Assembly (NCBI GenBank): GCA_043228905.1
Contig: JBHGNT010000003.1
Location: 24,118,001-24,182,000, forward strand
DNA length: 64,000 bases
Direction: 5' to 3'
Origin: Azolla caroliniana
Taxonomy: Eukaryota > Plantae > Polypodiophyta
Shown here: piece after piece, positions 50,200 through 64,000 of the stretch
How the letters are laid out: each line of letters starts with the position of its first letter
Numbering within the stretch: the first letter of the stretch is position 1
Program-made: the position numbers and the translations under genes
Notes under the pieces: model-generated
The model's input: the letters and a program-made list of their open reading frames with translations, nothing else
Told to the model about the DNA's origin: nothing
The model's database searches: none

Positions 50200-52450
50200 T
50201 CATTATAGTAAAGTGTAAGTAAAGTAAATATGACTTGTGAGACCAAAGTGAAAAATTTTCACGTTGTCTATTTTGAGTTGATTAATAGATCTCCATGTTT
50301 AAGAATTTTACTAATGGACGTTGCAATTTGGGATGGTAGACTGCGACTGAAAGAAAGAAATGTGCATGAAGATAAGTCCAAGTGAAAAAATGTGGGGAAA
50401 ATCAAAGTCAAATTTGATTGAATGTGAAGCATTGTAGTGAAGTATGATTCTCAAACTCGTGAACTTCTTTGAACCAAAACATTCATAGTTGACAAGTCTC
50501 TTTGCTTGTGCCCCAAAGCCCCATTTCACATGGAAGAGAATGCAAGCTAAACTCGTATAAAAGCAATGGTGTCCATGAGCTCTATACGTGTATGGGTAAG
50601 TGCAAATTATCCATTCAAAGAAGACGATAGTTTTGTATATTGTCGCAACATATGTAATATCAGGTGTGAAGTATAAGTCTCCACATTTCACCCAATTTTT
50701 GTTACATTGTTGTTGCAAAAGAGACTCATTGATTAAGGAATGTACTCATGCATCATGAAGCAAATGTAATGCATATAATCTTCCAAACCTTTTCATGTTT
50801 TACATTCATAGGGAACTCAAAATTTTACCTTTGTATACCGTTTGAATCTTTATACTCCTTTCCCATGCAATTCCAAGAAGGCGACGTGAGGATTTTAGAA
50901 AACCTTCAACACATACTCTACAATCCTCTTCATGCTGAGGGTGGTGATCTAGTCTTAACAAATACAAGTCTCTATGGACTTGTACCATGAGTTCAAAAAA
51001 CTTCATAAGAAAGCTTTTTAGACTTTTTCAAACTCTTCCAAAATGACTTGGAGATGTCATGACTCCATACTCCACGCTCATTGTCACCAATGGGTCAAAA
51101 ATATATTTCTTGAGAATCCAACATTTCATTTCTCCTCCACTACACATGTTGTCAAATAGAGAGTAAGCCCTCTTTCCGCTTTCAAGCGATTAATTACACA
51201 TTCATTCTACCTATAAATGGTTGGAATGTTGGGCCTAAAATTTTTTACGCCTTCTACCCTTTTAAGTGACTCATTATCGTACACAAAGCATGGTGTATCC
51301 TTATCTTGAGGTTCACAATTATATCTTTTGTTAGTGCATGGAGAAGTTTTCAAAGACATTGTTAACCTTTTGCTCAACTTTCTAAATTATATGTGAAAAG
51401 CACCACTTAACAAAAATCATGATTATTGCATTCTTAATGTAATGACTTTAATGCTAACTTGTTGTACAAACTAATTGGCCCATTTCTTATCACCTTATCG
51501 ATGTGAGAAATTACATGCATATATTCAATTGGTACTTTGATTTCTTCCATGCATCTTTAAAGATGTTGATGGAACATCCTATTAGGAATCTTCTTGATTT
51601 CTACAAAGCAATGATATAATAATTACCATTCAAATGACTTTCCTCCCTAAGGACTCAAAGAGTGATAGTTTGATGAATGGTTTAGGTTACTTTTGAAACC
51701 TTACTCATGCACTTGAGTTTGCTTCCATTTCAAATCTAAATAACTTTGCCATTGGAGAGCTAGCCAAGATTGTTCAATAACAGTTTACATAATTGATCCA
51801 ATTTATGCTCCAATTGTGGAGCATGTCACCTTGTAATGCGTGATTAAACATATCATTTGTCCAAACATTTAAGCAATTCTTCTACCTTGGCATCTTGAAG
51901 ATCTCTCACCTCACAAATGGTCAATTTCATAAACCTTAAGCTTTCTTATATCTGATTCTTCATATAAGTTCTTTGAATGACTATAAACACTCATGATTCT
52001 TCATATAGGTTCTTAGATGATTTTTTTATTGTCCCAGTTTCCATGTCCTAATCACAACACATGATTGGAAACCAATAAAAAACTCTAAAATGTTGATGAA
52101 GATAGAAAAGAACAGGGTGATCATGCACAAGCCAACGACCTTTTTAAGAAAATATCTGAGAAACTTTGAACTCTATCCTTCCAACTACATGTGGTGATAT
52201 AGTCCAAGCCCTCAAGAAAAATCTTGTGTACACATACACAGAGTTCATGTTGGTACCACCCCTTAACCATTCTATTGCTTGGGCAACTCAATAACTATCT
52301 TATAATCAGTAGAATTATATATCCATATTCATTTGTGTACCTATTTTCCAATACTCAAATTACACATTCGATGTGATTTCAAGAAACGTGATCTGCATGG
52401 AACTCCTGCAATCATGTAATATAAAGGCTCCTGTTATTTTGTAGGTGTTT
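50200..52450 (-). mobile_element. Degenerate RTE-type LINE ORF2 remnant
   Basis: Minus-strand fragments SSPMAKLFRF, LYHCFVEIKK, MEEIKVPIEYM and CWILKKYIFDPLV. 51736-51850 is reverse-complement-similar to 15070-15200. Confidence 0.75.
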
Positions 52451-53363
52451 ACCATAATTCTCATATCACTAGAAGTTACTATTAAAAACATTTGAGATCT
52501 CAATCTCAAAGGTAGTGGCTAAGTTGGCATACATTTGAATATGATCTAGTAAACCAATTATGTAATATGAAAATTCTTAATGATGTCAAACAATTAATCA
52601 ATGAACTTTAGATCACGTTAAAAATATAGTCACTAAGTGTCAATAGAAAAATTTGCATGCAATTAACAAAATATTACATCAAATGTTAAAAATGATTTAT
52701 GATAAAAAATCGTAGAAAAAAACTCCCACTTCTTGTAGCAACTCAAAACTTGTTTGTACGAAATCATGTAGAAAACCAATGTTACAAAGAAATACAAAAA
52801 AGTTTGCGAGTCTCTCTGTCTGTCTGTCTGTCTGTCTCTGTACATATATATATATATATATATAGATAGATAGATAGATAGATATATATATTACAAAAAG
52901 CGTCAAGCTCAAGGTAGATTTACCTTTGGAAAGCTTTTCCCAGTACAGAAGACACTTGAGACAACCTGTTTGTACATGCTATAAAAAAATGACGAAACAT
53001 GTTTCCTGACGAACCAGAATCAGTATAATGTCAAACCTATGCAATGAGCTCATGACAGTTCTTATGCCAGTTGGAGTACCTATACATACTACATAACATA
53101 CTCATGTGTGGAGATCAATGTAGATTAACCCTCGCAAAGATTTTAACTTAGTATCACAAAACGTTGCCTATACAGACATACTATACAACATGAAACCTAT
53201 GTAAATGATGTTTTCTTACAAGATCCAGAACTGCATGTCAAGATCCATGTAAAATTTCTTATGACATGGAGAACCTCAAAAACTTGTGAGGGCATGGTAT
53301 ACAAAATGAAGCAAATTGAGCTAGAATCAAGAATGTGAAGATTAATGTAGGTTTCCTTTTTCT

Positions 53364-56338
53364 TTACCTTTGTACAGAGTTCAAGACAAATCTAATGACA
53401 CTTTGGCTGAATCCTCGGTATTGCAACCAGCAAACCAGTCTACGAATCTTAGTTTCGACCGTTGCATTCTTTCCACGGTTCCATTGCTTTGTTGCCTGCA
53501 TTAATAGTCGTTCCATGGCGGACTTTGAAATTTCCATTGATTTAAAATTCGAATGTCTGTGATATGGCTCATCCTCACAAAACACGGAATCGATGGCTGC
53601 CTGAATGATATCATCACTTACACCTCTTTGTTTAAGTCCCTGTTAACCCAAATACTAGGAGCTTTCATGAATTTTGTGATAAATATTAATAATGTACTAC
53701 CAAAACATGTGCTTGGATGTCTAAATATCATGTACACAGTATTACAAATGAAAAAGTGCATTTGTAAATATTTCTGGGGGATCTTAATAACACTATTTTG
53801 TGCTGCTGCTTGTACCGTTTCTGTACTTTTGGTACTTTCTTGTCCTGTTTCGTGCTATATATCACCTGTATTGTGCATTAGCTATTTCAGCTTTCCAACG
53901 TTATCAACGACATTTTATAGCATCTCTATGAAAGGCATAATTAAGAATGGTGAACAGTTAAAGAGCCTGTTGCCAGTCAATATCTCTGAAGAAGTACCCA
54001 TGCAAAACATTTAGATGTTCCAGTGTAGAGTAACTCTGCACAATGATTTATGCATCCATTTGAGTTGTCCTGTAAAAGAAAGACATACCATTCTGATCCG
54101 CTGTGGTCCCCAAGTTCCGGAATTCCATCTTGCACGTGCAAATGTTTCAGCATATGCTGGGTCACTCTGCAACCCACTGACACAATAAAAAATAACCCAA
54201 CTGAATAACAGCGCTTACAGTTTACATACGTGCAAAAAGAATATCAAGAACATAAACAAAACGTCAATATCTCCTTATATATAACATCGATTGATCAAGA
54301 TCGAAGAAGACAATGATGGTATATTAACATCCACACAAATCCAGTCAATCAGGTCAGAGTTGAGATGGTTGTGCCAACTGTTTGGAGACCGTAAGGTCAT
54401 CAATTGCATACACTGATATATCATATAAATTATGAAAAAATTAATATATGGTGAACAAAGATGGTGGAACCCAGACCTTATGTTGGTTGATAGTCTAATA
54501 TCTTACCACTCAGGTAAGTTGATAACAAGAGAGCATCATATACACAAGCACACACACACACACACATGCTAATAAATGCTTTTTTTTTTTATGACCAGTT
54601 TTGTGACAGTAGAGACACACATCACTAGCTTTATTAGAGGACGTGGAACTTCTCTTTCCTATTCATCAAGAGAAACTGAATTGAAGAGCTATTTATGATC
54701 AACCCACTTAAAGGAAAGACAAAGAAGGTGTTTTTCTAGCTAAATGTTAATTTTGTATGTGACCATTGCTAATCTAAAAAGACAGCTTTCAATGTTTAAC
54801 ACATCCACTTAACAAAAAAAACACTTGGAACCAATAAGGTTCAACAGAAGACATCCCCCTTTTTCAACGCAAATTTTAACACAATTTAAGAAGCATAAAT
54901 ATGAGTTCATACTAGTTCTGGACAGCCTTTATCGCATAATTAGCCAAATCAGCTGTGACATCATGACTTTGAAGTTTTTTCTTCAGCTCTGAGGAAGTGT
55001 ATGGCCTGTTTTAACAGTAAACAAAACGACTCTAAACCCATTATTGTTTTTATTTTCTTACAATGTGACCGTCCATTTTCTATTAAAAACACGCACCTGT
55101 TTGCCAAATATCGGATTGCTAAATTCTTTGCATGCTCTTGTGCCACTGTACTCTTTGCTGAATTCTGTTTTGAATCAAATGGTTTCACTTCATTTGATTC
55201 ATTGATTATTCCCTCATCATAAAGAAAGATAGAACCATCATCATCATCATCATCATCATCATCACCAACACCATCACCATCACCACTACCATCATCATCA
55301 CTGTAATGAATATCTCCCATTTGAGAGGATACACTAATTGAAGTAGCTAATTTTGCTTTCTTTGCCTTGTCAATAAAGCTCTGAATATCGCTCTGACGTA
55401 GTGGCTTCCGACTCTCTAATTGAGCATAATTACTACTCTTCAGAAGGCGTGATGTGATTTGCTTCTTTGATTCTTCCTCAACCACATGAATGGTTTCCTC
55501 ATTAGGAAAAAATAAAACCTCGCAAAGCTCTTCAGCCTCCTCTTGTTTTCTTGATGAATATCGAGACTTCATCTGTGGTTTTTGAATCGATTCTTCTACT
55601 GTATCTCCTCTACAGGGGATAGATCTAAGTCTTCCTTGAATTTCATCGCGCTGTTCTTCTTTATGTATCTTCCTTTCTGATCTTGAGGTTCTTAAAATAT
55701 TTTCAGTATTATGGTAATTGAACTGAGTATACACATTACCACTGTCTTGTTCGCAATCATTTGGAATGTCGCAATACTTTGCCTTGATTTCTTCACTATC
55801 ATTATAAATTTTCGGCCATCTACAGGATTCCTCACGAAATTTTCCTTCTTCTTCTTCCCTTTGTTCTCCTTCTTTTCCAAACTCTTGCTTTTTCTTTCTC
55901 GATGCTCTCATCAAATCTCCGGCGTTGTCATCAAACTGAGTATATACATTATTATCACCTTGTTCCTTGAAAATGGGACCATTAGATAGCCTGTTGCTCT
56001 TTGGGATGTAGCGTTGTGGACCTGAAGAAGAAGAAGAAGAGCTCGAAATTTTGCAAGCTGTAGTTTTCCTTATCCTGCAATGAGCATAAAATATATATAG
56101 ATAGAGAGAACACACATAATACTTCTCCACTTCTCTATCTCTGTCTCTATATATACATGCATACATACATACATACAAATAGGAAATTTAGGATCTCTCA
56201 CTCACTCTCTATTCAAAGTTTTTTCTATTCTATTCTATTAAAAAATACTTACAGTGGAAACTTCAAGATGATGCAGATATGACCATAGAGATGTAGCTTC
56301 TGCAGATTCCTCGTCTGCAAGAGTGCAGAGAAAGCCAT
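53364..56338 (-). CDS. RECX: RecX-family regulatory protein (plant type, long N-terminal extension); exons 56338-56253, 56074-55097, 55005-54913, 54176-54089, 53639-53364
   Basis: Spliced translation gives AKNLAIRYLANRPYTSSELKKKL, YGLQSDPAYAETFARARW..WGPQRIRMGLKQRGVS and RRLVCWLQYRGF, the three RecX repeats. GT-AG introns are in frame. Confidence 0.9.
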
Positions 56339-57884
56339 AGCCTCTGAGCTTCACTCAGAGCTAACTATTTATATGTATATAATTGTAATTTATGGATATG
56401 ACCTGGAGAGGGGTAATCTGGTAGTTTCTGAAAACCTATGGTAAAAACACTCTCATAGAGAGCATTCATACGGCAACTTATGAAATTTCCTCGCACGGGG
56501 ATCATCCTTGTAATATGTACATACAGAACAATGAGTCACTTACGGAGCTTGTTTTAGCTTTCGCAAGAATAAACAAAACATTTGTGCTTCCTCTACAAAT
56601 GTACAACACACATTTGTTGCTTGTGTAGTGTGTTCTCGCAAAGCAACCTCGTATTTTTGGGATATGGGAGGCATTGTTGGCTACCGAAATAAGAAGCAAT
56701 GCAAATAAAAGGCAATTTGATTTTGATGTCTTGAAATCCTTCCTTACTACTAGATCCCATGATGACATAGAAAAGAAAGAGATCACTTGAACTTAGCAAC
56801 AACCAATGTCAAACCATTTCATTGCTTGGTGTAGGTAGTCTCAATTGGTCTTCTAGCCAAAACCAGTGTCTTAAAATCCCAAGATGGGTTCAACTGCAAT
56901 TTTCAATTTCATGGCACATGTACCATCTCATGCAAAGCATGGCAATAAGAAAACATCTATGTGTGGTTCAAAACAAAGTGTGTGACAAAAAGAATGGCAC
57001 TTTTGAATGTCGCACAAAATGTGTGTAAGGTCCTCTAGCTTATGAAGCATGTAACCAAATAAAAATTTGATTATGTATGTGACACTTCAAATGTCACAAA
57101 ATGTTAGATCCTTCATGCACATGAAGCATGCAACCAATAACGTGGATTGGATTTTGGTCATGTATATATACTGTGGATTGGATTTTGGTCATATACATAT
57201 TTTCAAAAAACGTTTCGATGAGATCTAAATTTGTGACATGTCATCATTTTGCAATACTTTGAATCTTTGGATATATCATATGCCCACTAGGTAGGAGAAT
57301 AGTAAGGGAGTGCATAAAGTTTATGAATACATGAAACACTAGCGTCTTTTCGTTATGAGGAAAACAATTAAACTTAGAAGTAAAGTGTTTGGTTAGCATT
57401 GCATTGGTGGATAAGCATGCAAACTTCACAGTGGAATATAGTCATTTGGAATGCAACTAATTGTTAGGCTATGTACACAACTCTCAACATGGAGAAGAGC
57501 CATTGACCTCTGCATATCTTTTGCAAAACATATTCCTGTTGAGATTGTAGGAAAAGAACTGCTTAAAAGAAGAAAAAGGTTGAAAATGTATTAATCTTGG
57601 TTGGCACCATGGGATCAATCATCAAATGACAGAGAATATAGCTTACACACATGATAGCCAGATATTATTACATTAGACGGTGCCATAAAAAAAGAAAGTC
57701 CTGATTCCATTCTTTTTATCAATGCTCCTTTACCAATAAAAACATTCTGAGTTCTCCCCAAACATATATTTATTGGACTTCTCTTAAACCAAAACCATAA
57801 GCGTATATTACAAAACAATATCCTATTGATTCCCATGGGTTATGCGTTGATCAATATTAGCATTAGAAGAAGCGGTATTTGGAT

Positions 57885-59561
57885 CTACATTGAACCTACA
57901 AGTGAGGCATGAGCTCCAAGGTTTACATTACCATATTTTCTACAGTTAGCAAGCAAAGAAGTTTGTGGCATAAGTTTAATACAAGAACCTGGTATAGTAA
58001 TGAGTAAATCCTCAGCTTCATACAGCTGACCAACACGACCAAGTAGGTCTATCATAGAGCTATAATGTTCAACATCTGGGTTGATGCTATGATTTTTGGC
58101 CATAGACTCAACTAGTTTATAACCTTCACTTGCGAGCCCCATGTTACAACAAGATTTAAGAAGATTTGTAAATATTACACTATCGGGCTTTATGCCTTCT
58201 TCACAGTTCATGCTCCTAAACAAGCTTAACATAGAAAGCCAGTCTCCAGATTGCGCAAATCCACATGACAATGTACCCCATGAAACCACATCGTGTTTTT
58301 TCATCCGAACAAATACATTTTGTGCCTCTTTAATGTTTCCACACTTCACATACATTTCGAGAAGAGCATTTTCTATAGCTAAATCTTTATCGAGCACATC
58401 TCTAATCGTTCTTTCATGTATTACCATGCCATGTACCATCGCTCCAACAATACTACATGCTTTCAAAACAAAAATAAACATGACTTTATCGGGTTTTACA
58501 TCTCCTCGGTTCATCATTTTTGCATAGAGTTTTAATGCATAAGCACCATCCCCTTGAATAACGTAACCCGAGATTATCAGAGTCCACGTAACCAAATTAC
58601 AGAAAGGTAAACCATCAAAAACCTTGTTTGCTTCCCTTAAGCTACCACATTTTACATACAGTTCGACAAGATTGTTGCCAAGAACCATATCATCTGAATG
58701 GACGTTATTGATAATAATGTGATCATGCACAAGTCTACCATGTCTCAAGTCCCTTGAATCACCACAGAGAACCAACAGAGATGACAATATATTCTCGCTC
58801 ACTTTCCTTCCTTCCTCTTGCATTCTCTCAAACAAGCAAATAGCTCGGAATGTATCCCCTGATGCAATGATGCCTGAAAGCATAGAACCCCATGAAACTA
58901 CATCTCTTTCATGTAAACCGCAGAACACATGCTCAGCATCATCTATATCACCACATTTCCCATACATATCAATGATCGAAGTTTTAATAACAGGATCATT
59001 GACACGAGAACCACATCTCACGAGTAAATCTCTATGAATCAATCTGCCTGCCTCCACATTCCTCACGTTTCCACATGCTTTCAACACATGTAGATAAGTG
59101 ACCTTATCAGGCTGAATCATATAATGAGAAGACATTAGAACATACAATCTAAGAGCAAGTTCTTCCTTGCCATAGCTCACATGTGAAGAAATTATTGCAT
59201 TCCATGAGTATAAACCTGGTGGGTTTGGAAGAGTAGAAAAAACCCGATTTGCCGAATCTAAGCTATTTTCACACAAAGCGAAAAGTCGAATGAGTTCTTC
59301 TGATATACAATCGTCTGCAAAAAGAAGGCCATTCCTTACCAAAATGACATGTAATTGCATTGCATAACAGAGGTTTCTTCTCCTTCTTAAGCAGCCTTGA
59401 AGGATAGATCTCACAAAAGCTTTAGAAACAGGAGTTTTCTGCTTCTTGTCCTTCTCTAGATAAGATACAGTTTGAAGAGCAAGGAGCACTCCTTCTCCTT
59501 TCCACAGCTTGCTGAAATCTCCGTATTCTTCATAATCTTTGAATGAGCTTCTAAAGTACAT
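57885..59561 (-). CDS. PLS-class pentatricopeptide repeat protein (intronless, 558 aa, ends early in the E domain)
   Basis: Repeated SIIDMYGKCGDIDDAEHVF / DVVSWGSMLSG / KPDKVMFIFVLKAC units; ends HYSSMIDLLGRVGQLYEAE..SLLANCRKYGNVNLG. Confidence 0.93.
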   Translation of the reverse strand: MYFRSSFKDYEEYGDFSKLWKGEGVLLALQTVSYLEKDKKQKTPVSKAFVRSILQGCLRRRRNLCYAMQLHVILVRNGLLFADDCISEELIRLFALCENSLDSANRVFSTLPNPPGLYSWNAIISSHVSYGKEELALRLYVLMSSHYMIQPDKVTYLHVLKACGNVRNVEAGRLIHRDLLVRCGSRVNDPVIKTSIIDMYGKCGDIDDAEHVFCGLHERDVVSWGSMLSGIIASGDTFRAICLFERMQEEGRKVSENILSSLLVLCGDSRDLRHGRLVHDHIIINNVHSDDMVLGNNLVELYVKCGSLREANKVFDGLPFCNLVTWTLIISGYVIQGDGAYALKLYAKMMNRGDVKPDKVMFIFVLKACSIVGAMVHGMVIHERTIRDVLDKDLAIENALLEMYVKCGNIKEAQNVFVRMKKHDVVSWGTLSCGFAQSGDWLSMLSLFRSMNCEEGIKPDSVIFTNLLKSCCNMGLASEGYKLVESMAKNHSINPDVEHYSSMIDLLGRVGQLYEAEDLLITIPGSCIKLMPQTSLLANCRKYGNVNLGAHASLVGSM

Positions 59562-61539
59562 GGTGGTGATGGTGATGGTGATGCCATGTTATTAAAACAG
59601 AACAAGTGGTCATGGCCATGGAAGCTCTGATTTCCGTTTCCTCATTCCAAAATGGCTTCGTTTGGTCTTTCTTATAGGCCATTTTGGCCTCTTAAAAGAC
59701 CTTAATATTTCTTTCTTTCTTCATTCATCTTTCTCATCTATGACCATCCATCCATCCATTTCTCTTAGATCTGTCTTGTGGCTTGGCTTGGCTTGGCTTG
59801 GCTCGGGCTCTAATCTTCTTCGGTGATGGTCTTCTTGTCATGCATATTGGCCGGGCGCCTCAGTGTTGCACTTGGCAATGTGTAAGCCAAACTAACTACT
59901 CATGTTCTTCCTCTCTTCTTCTTTGTCTTAAGTCGGCTACTTTTGCTTCTCATTTTTTCATATTCCATAGCCTCTATCTTCATTCTTCTTCTTTGGTAAG
60001 ATCCCCAACGTGGTCACCTCAGTACATACATATATTGAAGTTTGGGGACGAAGCTTCGGAGTTGGTATATTATGCCATTTGTTCGAACCGCCTCCAACAT
60101 CCTCACTTTTTCTTCTTAATCCTAGTGTCGCTTGAGTGTGAGGGTTTGGAGACTCTCTTCATCCCATTGTTTGCACTATCCTTGAACTCCCTCGTGTTAT
60201 TTTGTCGCTACATCATCACATCGTATTTGGATAGTTCCAAAAAAAACCTAATAGGGAAAAACCACGGGAGCCCACAAACTCCGAACTATCACTATGAAGA
60301 GAAGGGGTACAATTAGAGACTCGGAGGCAACGACCTCGAGCTCTGTTTCTACGCACAATGGCGGTTTTTAACTGAGTATTGCACTGTATCTCTCTCTCTA
60401 ACTCCCTCTCACTTTGTCACTCTCTATACAATGGTTACAACAACAATAACAACCATATTAAAGTGATTGCCTAAGTCATATTTATACTTATATGAACTTA
60501 GGGCTATTTACAAATATAGCCTCAATGGGCTTACTCAAAAACATATTTACAGATATGTCTTCTACATCCGATTCTCACTGGGTCTTCTACATCCGGTTCT
60601 CAAGATCCCATCCGGAGGGACCGAAATCTCAACAATTATATGATGTTGATTCTGCTTATCATTATCCCTCATGTGAATAGTATTTTTTCCCTTGAATGAG
60701 TGGATAGCTTCCATAAGGTGAGGGTTCGCATATGCATGAAAAACATAGTTTTGTAGACCAAAGTTTTGAGAATAACTCCCATCTCCATTCGACCATTCAT
60801 AAGTCTCTGTTTTACTTGCAAAAAATTGTATTTTGGCTTGTAGGACAAAATGTTATGCAGCAAGATTGGGGATACAACCAATAATGTCACGCATGCAAGT
60901 TCAATTGTATTACTCTCTTTCTCCTTCGTAAATGCATAAATACTTACATTCATTGTCTCATACATATAATCATACAACCATATACATACATACAAGTACA
61001 TATATATATGGATGTATTTATGCGCTCTTCCTTTTCTCAGATCCAAGGTCTCTATTACCTTTTTCCTTGGATTGTATGTACTTCAAAGTAAATTAGCTCT
61101 TAATTGAGAGCCAAAACCAACAACAACATCTCGCAAACCTCCAAGGCACAAAAAAGAGAATTAAAGGGTAATTCCAACAACCCTGAATTGTCTCATCATC
61201 CAATTGTTGCAATCCCAAGGGGGAGTTCTACCACCCGTTTTTCTAACTAACCCAAACTATCCTGTAACCCAAGATCTATCAAGATCAAGACACTATTTAC
61301 TCTATTGTTTGTCAAATGTGTAGGAGAGGGGTGCGAAAACTGTCTTGAGCCTATTAGCAAACAACAAGACCAAGCAAGAAAGCTCTAAATCTAATACCTA
61401 AAATGCACCCAAACATGATTAAGCTCACTTGATCAATATTAAACACTTAACAGGTATAAAATATATATAAGAAGATGAGTAACAAAATCATTAATTTTAG
61501 ATGGTGGTTGATTCATAGAGTTCATACCACTCAATGAGT

Positions 61540-61960
61540 TTGAAAAAGTTGTGATTGCAAACAAAATGTGTCATTTATGTATGCATCCAATGGAGATTGC
61601 CAAGCATTGTTTGTAGAGTTGTGATTTGCAATGGGAGGATGTTAAATATGCTATTTCTCTTTGAGACATGGTTTGATGCCAAAACAATATATACCCCTAA
61701 AGCCATAAATGCACCTAGCAAAACTAAAATATTGCAATTGGTATGTAGTATTATGATTTGGTATATTTGGAAGGCCATGTGCTTGAAGGTAATCTAAAAT
61801 GAGGAGAGTGGCCTACTCATACAATTATTGGAATTGGGACAAATATTGAGAAATTTCTAAGAACTGCTTTAGGCAACATAAAAGGTGGCACTCAACATGC
61901 ATAATTACAACTTTTGAAGTTTCATGCCATATCTAAGGAACAAAGGTGGGTTTTGATAAG
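61540..61960 (+). mobile_element. L1-type LINE ORF2 C-terminal fragment
   Basis: LQLVCSIMIWYIWKAMCLKVI resembles LELVSPITLWTLWKQRCRWVF in the 47.8-kb L1 fragment. Confidence 0.5.
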
Positions 61961-62429
61961 GTGAAATGGTTTTACTCTACATCGAAATATTTATTTAAGC
62001 CGATAGCGAAAACTTAACCTTGGTTTTACAAAAAGGCTTATATGTAGATAATTTCTCGTACAATCTCAAGGCATTTCTTAATACTAAGGTAGTATCTTTA
62101 AAAAAATCAAGATGGAGACAAAACACCATCAATAAAGAAAGGTATAACATACCTAAACATTGAAGATGACTTAGAGAGGAGATAGAGATTAAGAGAGGTT
62201 AAGATTATAACTTACACAGAGGAGACAGAGAATAATAGAGGCTTAAGATCTAGCTCAATACTTTGTAGAAGATGAACAAGAATTTTTAAAATGATTAATA
62301 AAATTGTGGTTTATAGTTTTTATAATGCACTTGAGCCATTCCACAAAGTCTCTCTATTCAAATTTCCCTTTTCCTAGTGCTTTACTGGTTCCTCTGTCTG
62401 TTTTTTTACCAACATCTAGGTATAACAAT

Positions 62430-63560
62430 CACAGAAAGTTAAATCACATGAAGTGACGGCAAATTCTTGTTCGAAAGATGTTTCTTTGCCAACGATGAAT
62501 TGAAGGGCCTGCTTCTAATATTTGGAAAAAGTGAAATCAAGACACAAAAATCACAACAATCAGGACATAAAATGCACAGACTATTTATACTCCAATACTA
62601 TGGATATATATGTATATATTCGGTCGTTAGTTATATCTGCGCTTTACAGATCTTGTTTGCGGAAGAAAGAAATTTCTTAAAGGACAGTAAGACTAGTTAT
62701 TTAGCCGAATGATCAGATTCATGAATAATCTGCAGTCAATCAATACTTCTCTTCGGCACGCTTGTGGCCAATCCTGGACAAAAGTATAAAGCTACAAGCA
62801 CCTGTTCTTTTACAGAATAGACATAGAATGTATGCCTCTTCTATACCTGTGTACAGATATATACATTGTTAGCTTGGTTTGAATGCAGCGTTTCCAAGTT
62901 GATACAGTAGTAAAAGGTGAGTGCAGGGAAATGACATGCGCTAAAAGGTCGTTGCAGGGCCATGTAGCATTATTGAAAGCATGTGAGAATAATAAGCATT
63001 ATTGAAAAGATTACTGCAGAGAAATGTAGATTGAAAGTCACCATTTTGATTGCTTAAGAGAAGCAGTGGGATTGCCATGTCTATTGGTTAGTTGTGGCAA
63101 TTTGAGAAACTTGAGACCTGCTACACTTTGTCCAGGGTCACGTTATAAACTCATCAAGTTGTCTTTAAAATACAGTAGTTTGATGGGATGTGGCAAGGAA
63201 TTAAATAGTTTAACTTTCCATAATTTACTTCTGTGGACTCTCCTAATCTTGGGTTATACTGTGGGGATGAATTGGAGGTTTATGGAAAAATGTCAAAGAG
63301 ATCAGGGATGTAAAACCCCAGAAACTCATGTTTATTTTCGTTTTGGATAATGCAGTAATGTATGATAGTGATGCATGAACGAATCTCACATGGGTCGTTT
63401 GATAAAGATTTAGCCATAGAAAAGGTTTCACTTGATACATGTGGAAATTGCAGAGGCACACAGAAGGTATTTGTTCATGAGATGAAACAGCAGAATTCGC
63501 AAGGATTAGGCTTGGATGTTAAGTTTGTTTCAGAGCAGGAAATTCGAAGGTAAACCCAGG
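62430..63560 (+). pseudogene. Degenerate paralogue of the adjacent PPR gene, head-to-head
   Basis: LLVSCGNLRNLR vs LLVLCGDSRDLR; NLLLWTLLILGY vs NLVTWTLIISGY; MHERISHGSFDKDLAIEK vs IHERTIRDVLDKDLAIEN. Many stops and frameshifts. Confidence 0.75.
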
Positions 63561-64000
63561 AGGAAATTTCAAAAACTACTTGATTACCCCTTCTTTATGT
63601 ACATTACACAATAATGGAGAGATATTGTCTTACATAATGAGGTCTCTGGTTATTCAAAATTCAAGCGCATCATTCTACCCGAAAACGATATAAGAGTGTT
63701 TCACAACCTATGAGACTTGTCAATCTGAAATTCTACCATCGGGAAATTTACATCAATATTGACTTGTCAGACCTGTAAATTTGGAGTTAGATCATGGGAA
63801 GTGATCCACATTTGATAAAGTCTGCCACATGCAATACAAATGTACATAGATCTTGATTTGGTACGCCAATTGGATGAGATCCAATACAAGGCAGTGTTTA
63901 TGCACCAATCGTTAAATATCCTAAAGACAAGTCTTGCGGATGCAACGGGGAACAGATGTGCATTACAATATCCTATCTGCGAATTAAAGTCGATAAACCC

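Noticed and set aside
60030-60633. Possible solo LTR ending in ...CAACA
   Set aside because: The composition is LTR-like, but I found no TG start with a matching 4-5-bp TSD, and no PBS or PPT.

Overview
Land-plant nuclear DNA; a fern is my inference from gene style, PLS-PPR genes and RTE LINEs. Host genes: a GRF transcription factor (743-6928/7071, +; QLQ, WRC, FFD, TQL and GGPL motifs, but no recognisable miR396 site), a GT92/DUF23 glycosyltransferase (42382-45008, +), a RecX-like gene (56338-53364, -) and a PLS-class PPR gene (59561-57885, -) with a decayed paralogue head-to-head. The main finding is a nested transposon complex at about 17.1-33.5 kb. A Mutator-like element (69-bp TIRs, MULE transposase, Ulp1-like protease, C2H2-like ORF) sits in (TATG)n microsatellite. 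A 9.35-kb element (19244-28590; 36-bp TIRs, 4-bp AACC TSD) is inserted into it. This inner element encodes a DDD (Sola-like/DUF7869-type) transposase and, divergently, a six-exon gene fusing a ParB/Srx-like domain to a prokaryote-style beta-class N6/N4 DNA methyltransferase. Intron 1 of that gene holds 12 long palindromes at an exact 51-bp period, suggesting a ParB/parS-like self-targeting methylation module in a plant transposon (inference). A 2.1-kb deleted relative of the outer element lies next to it. RTE and L1 LINE remnants are scattered across the window. All splice models and domain calls were made by eye; no searches were run.
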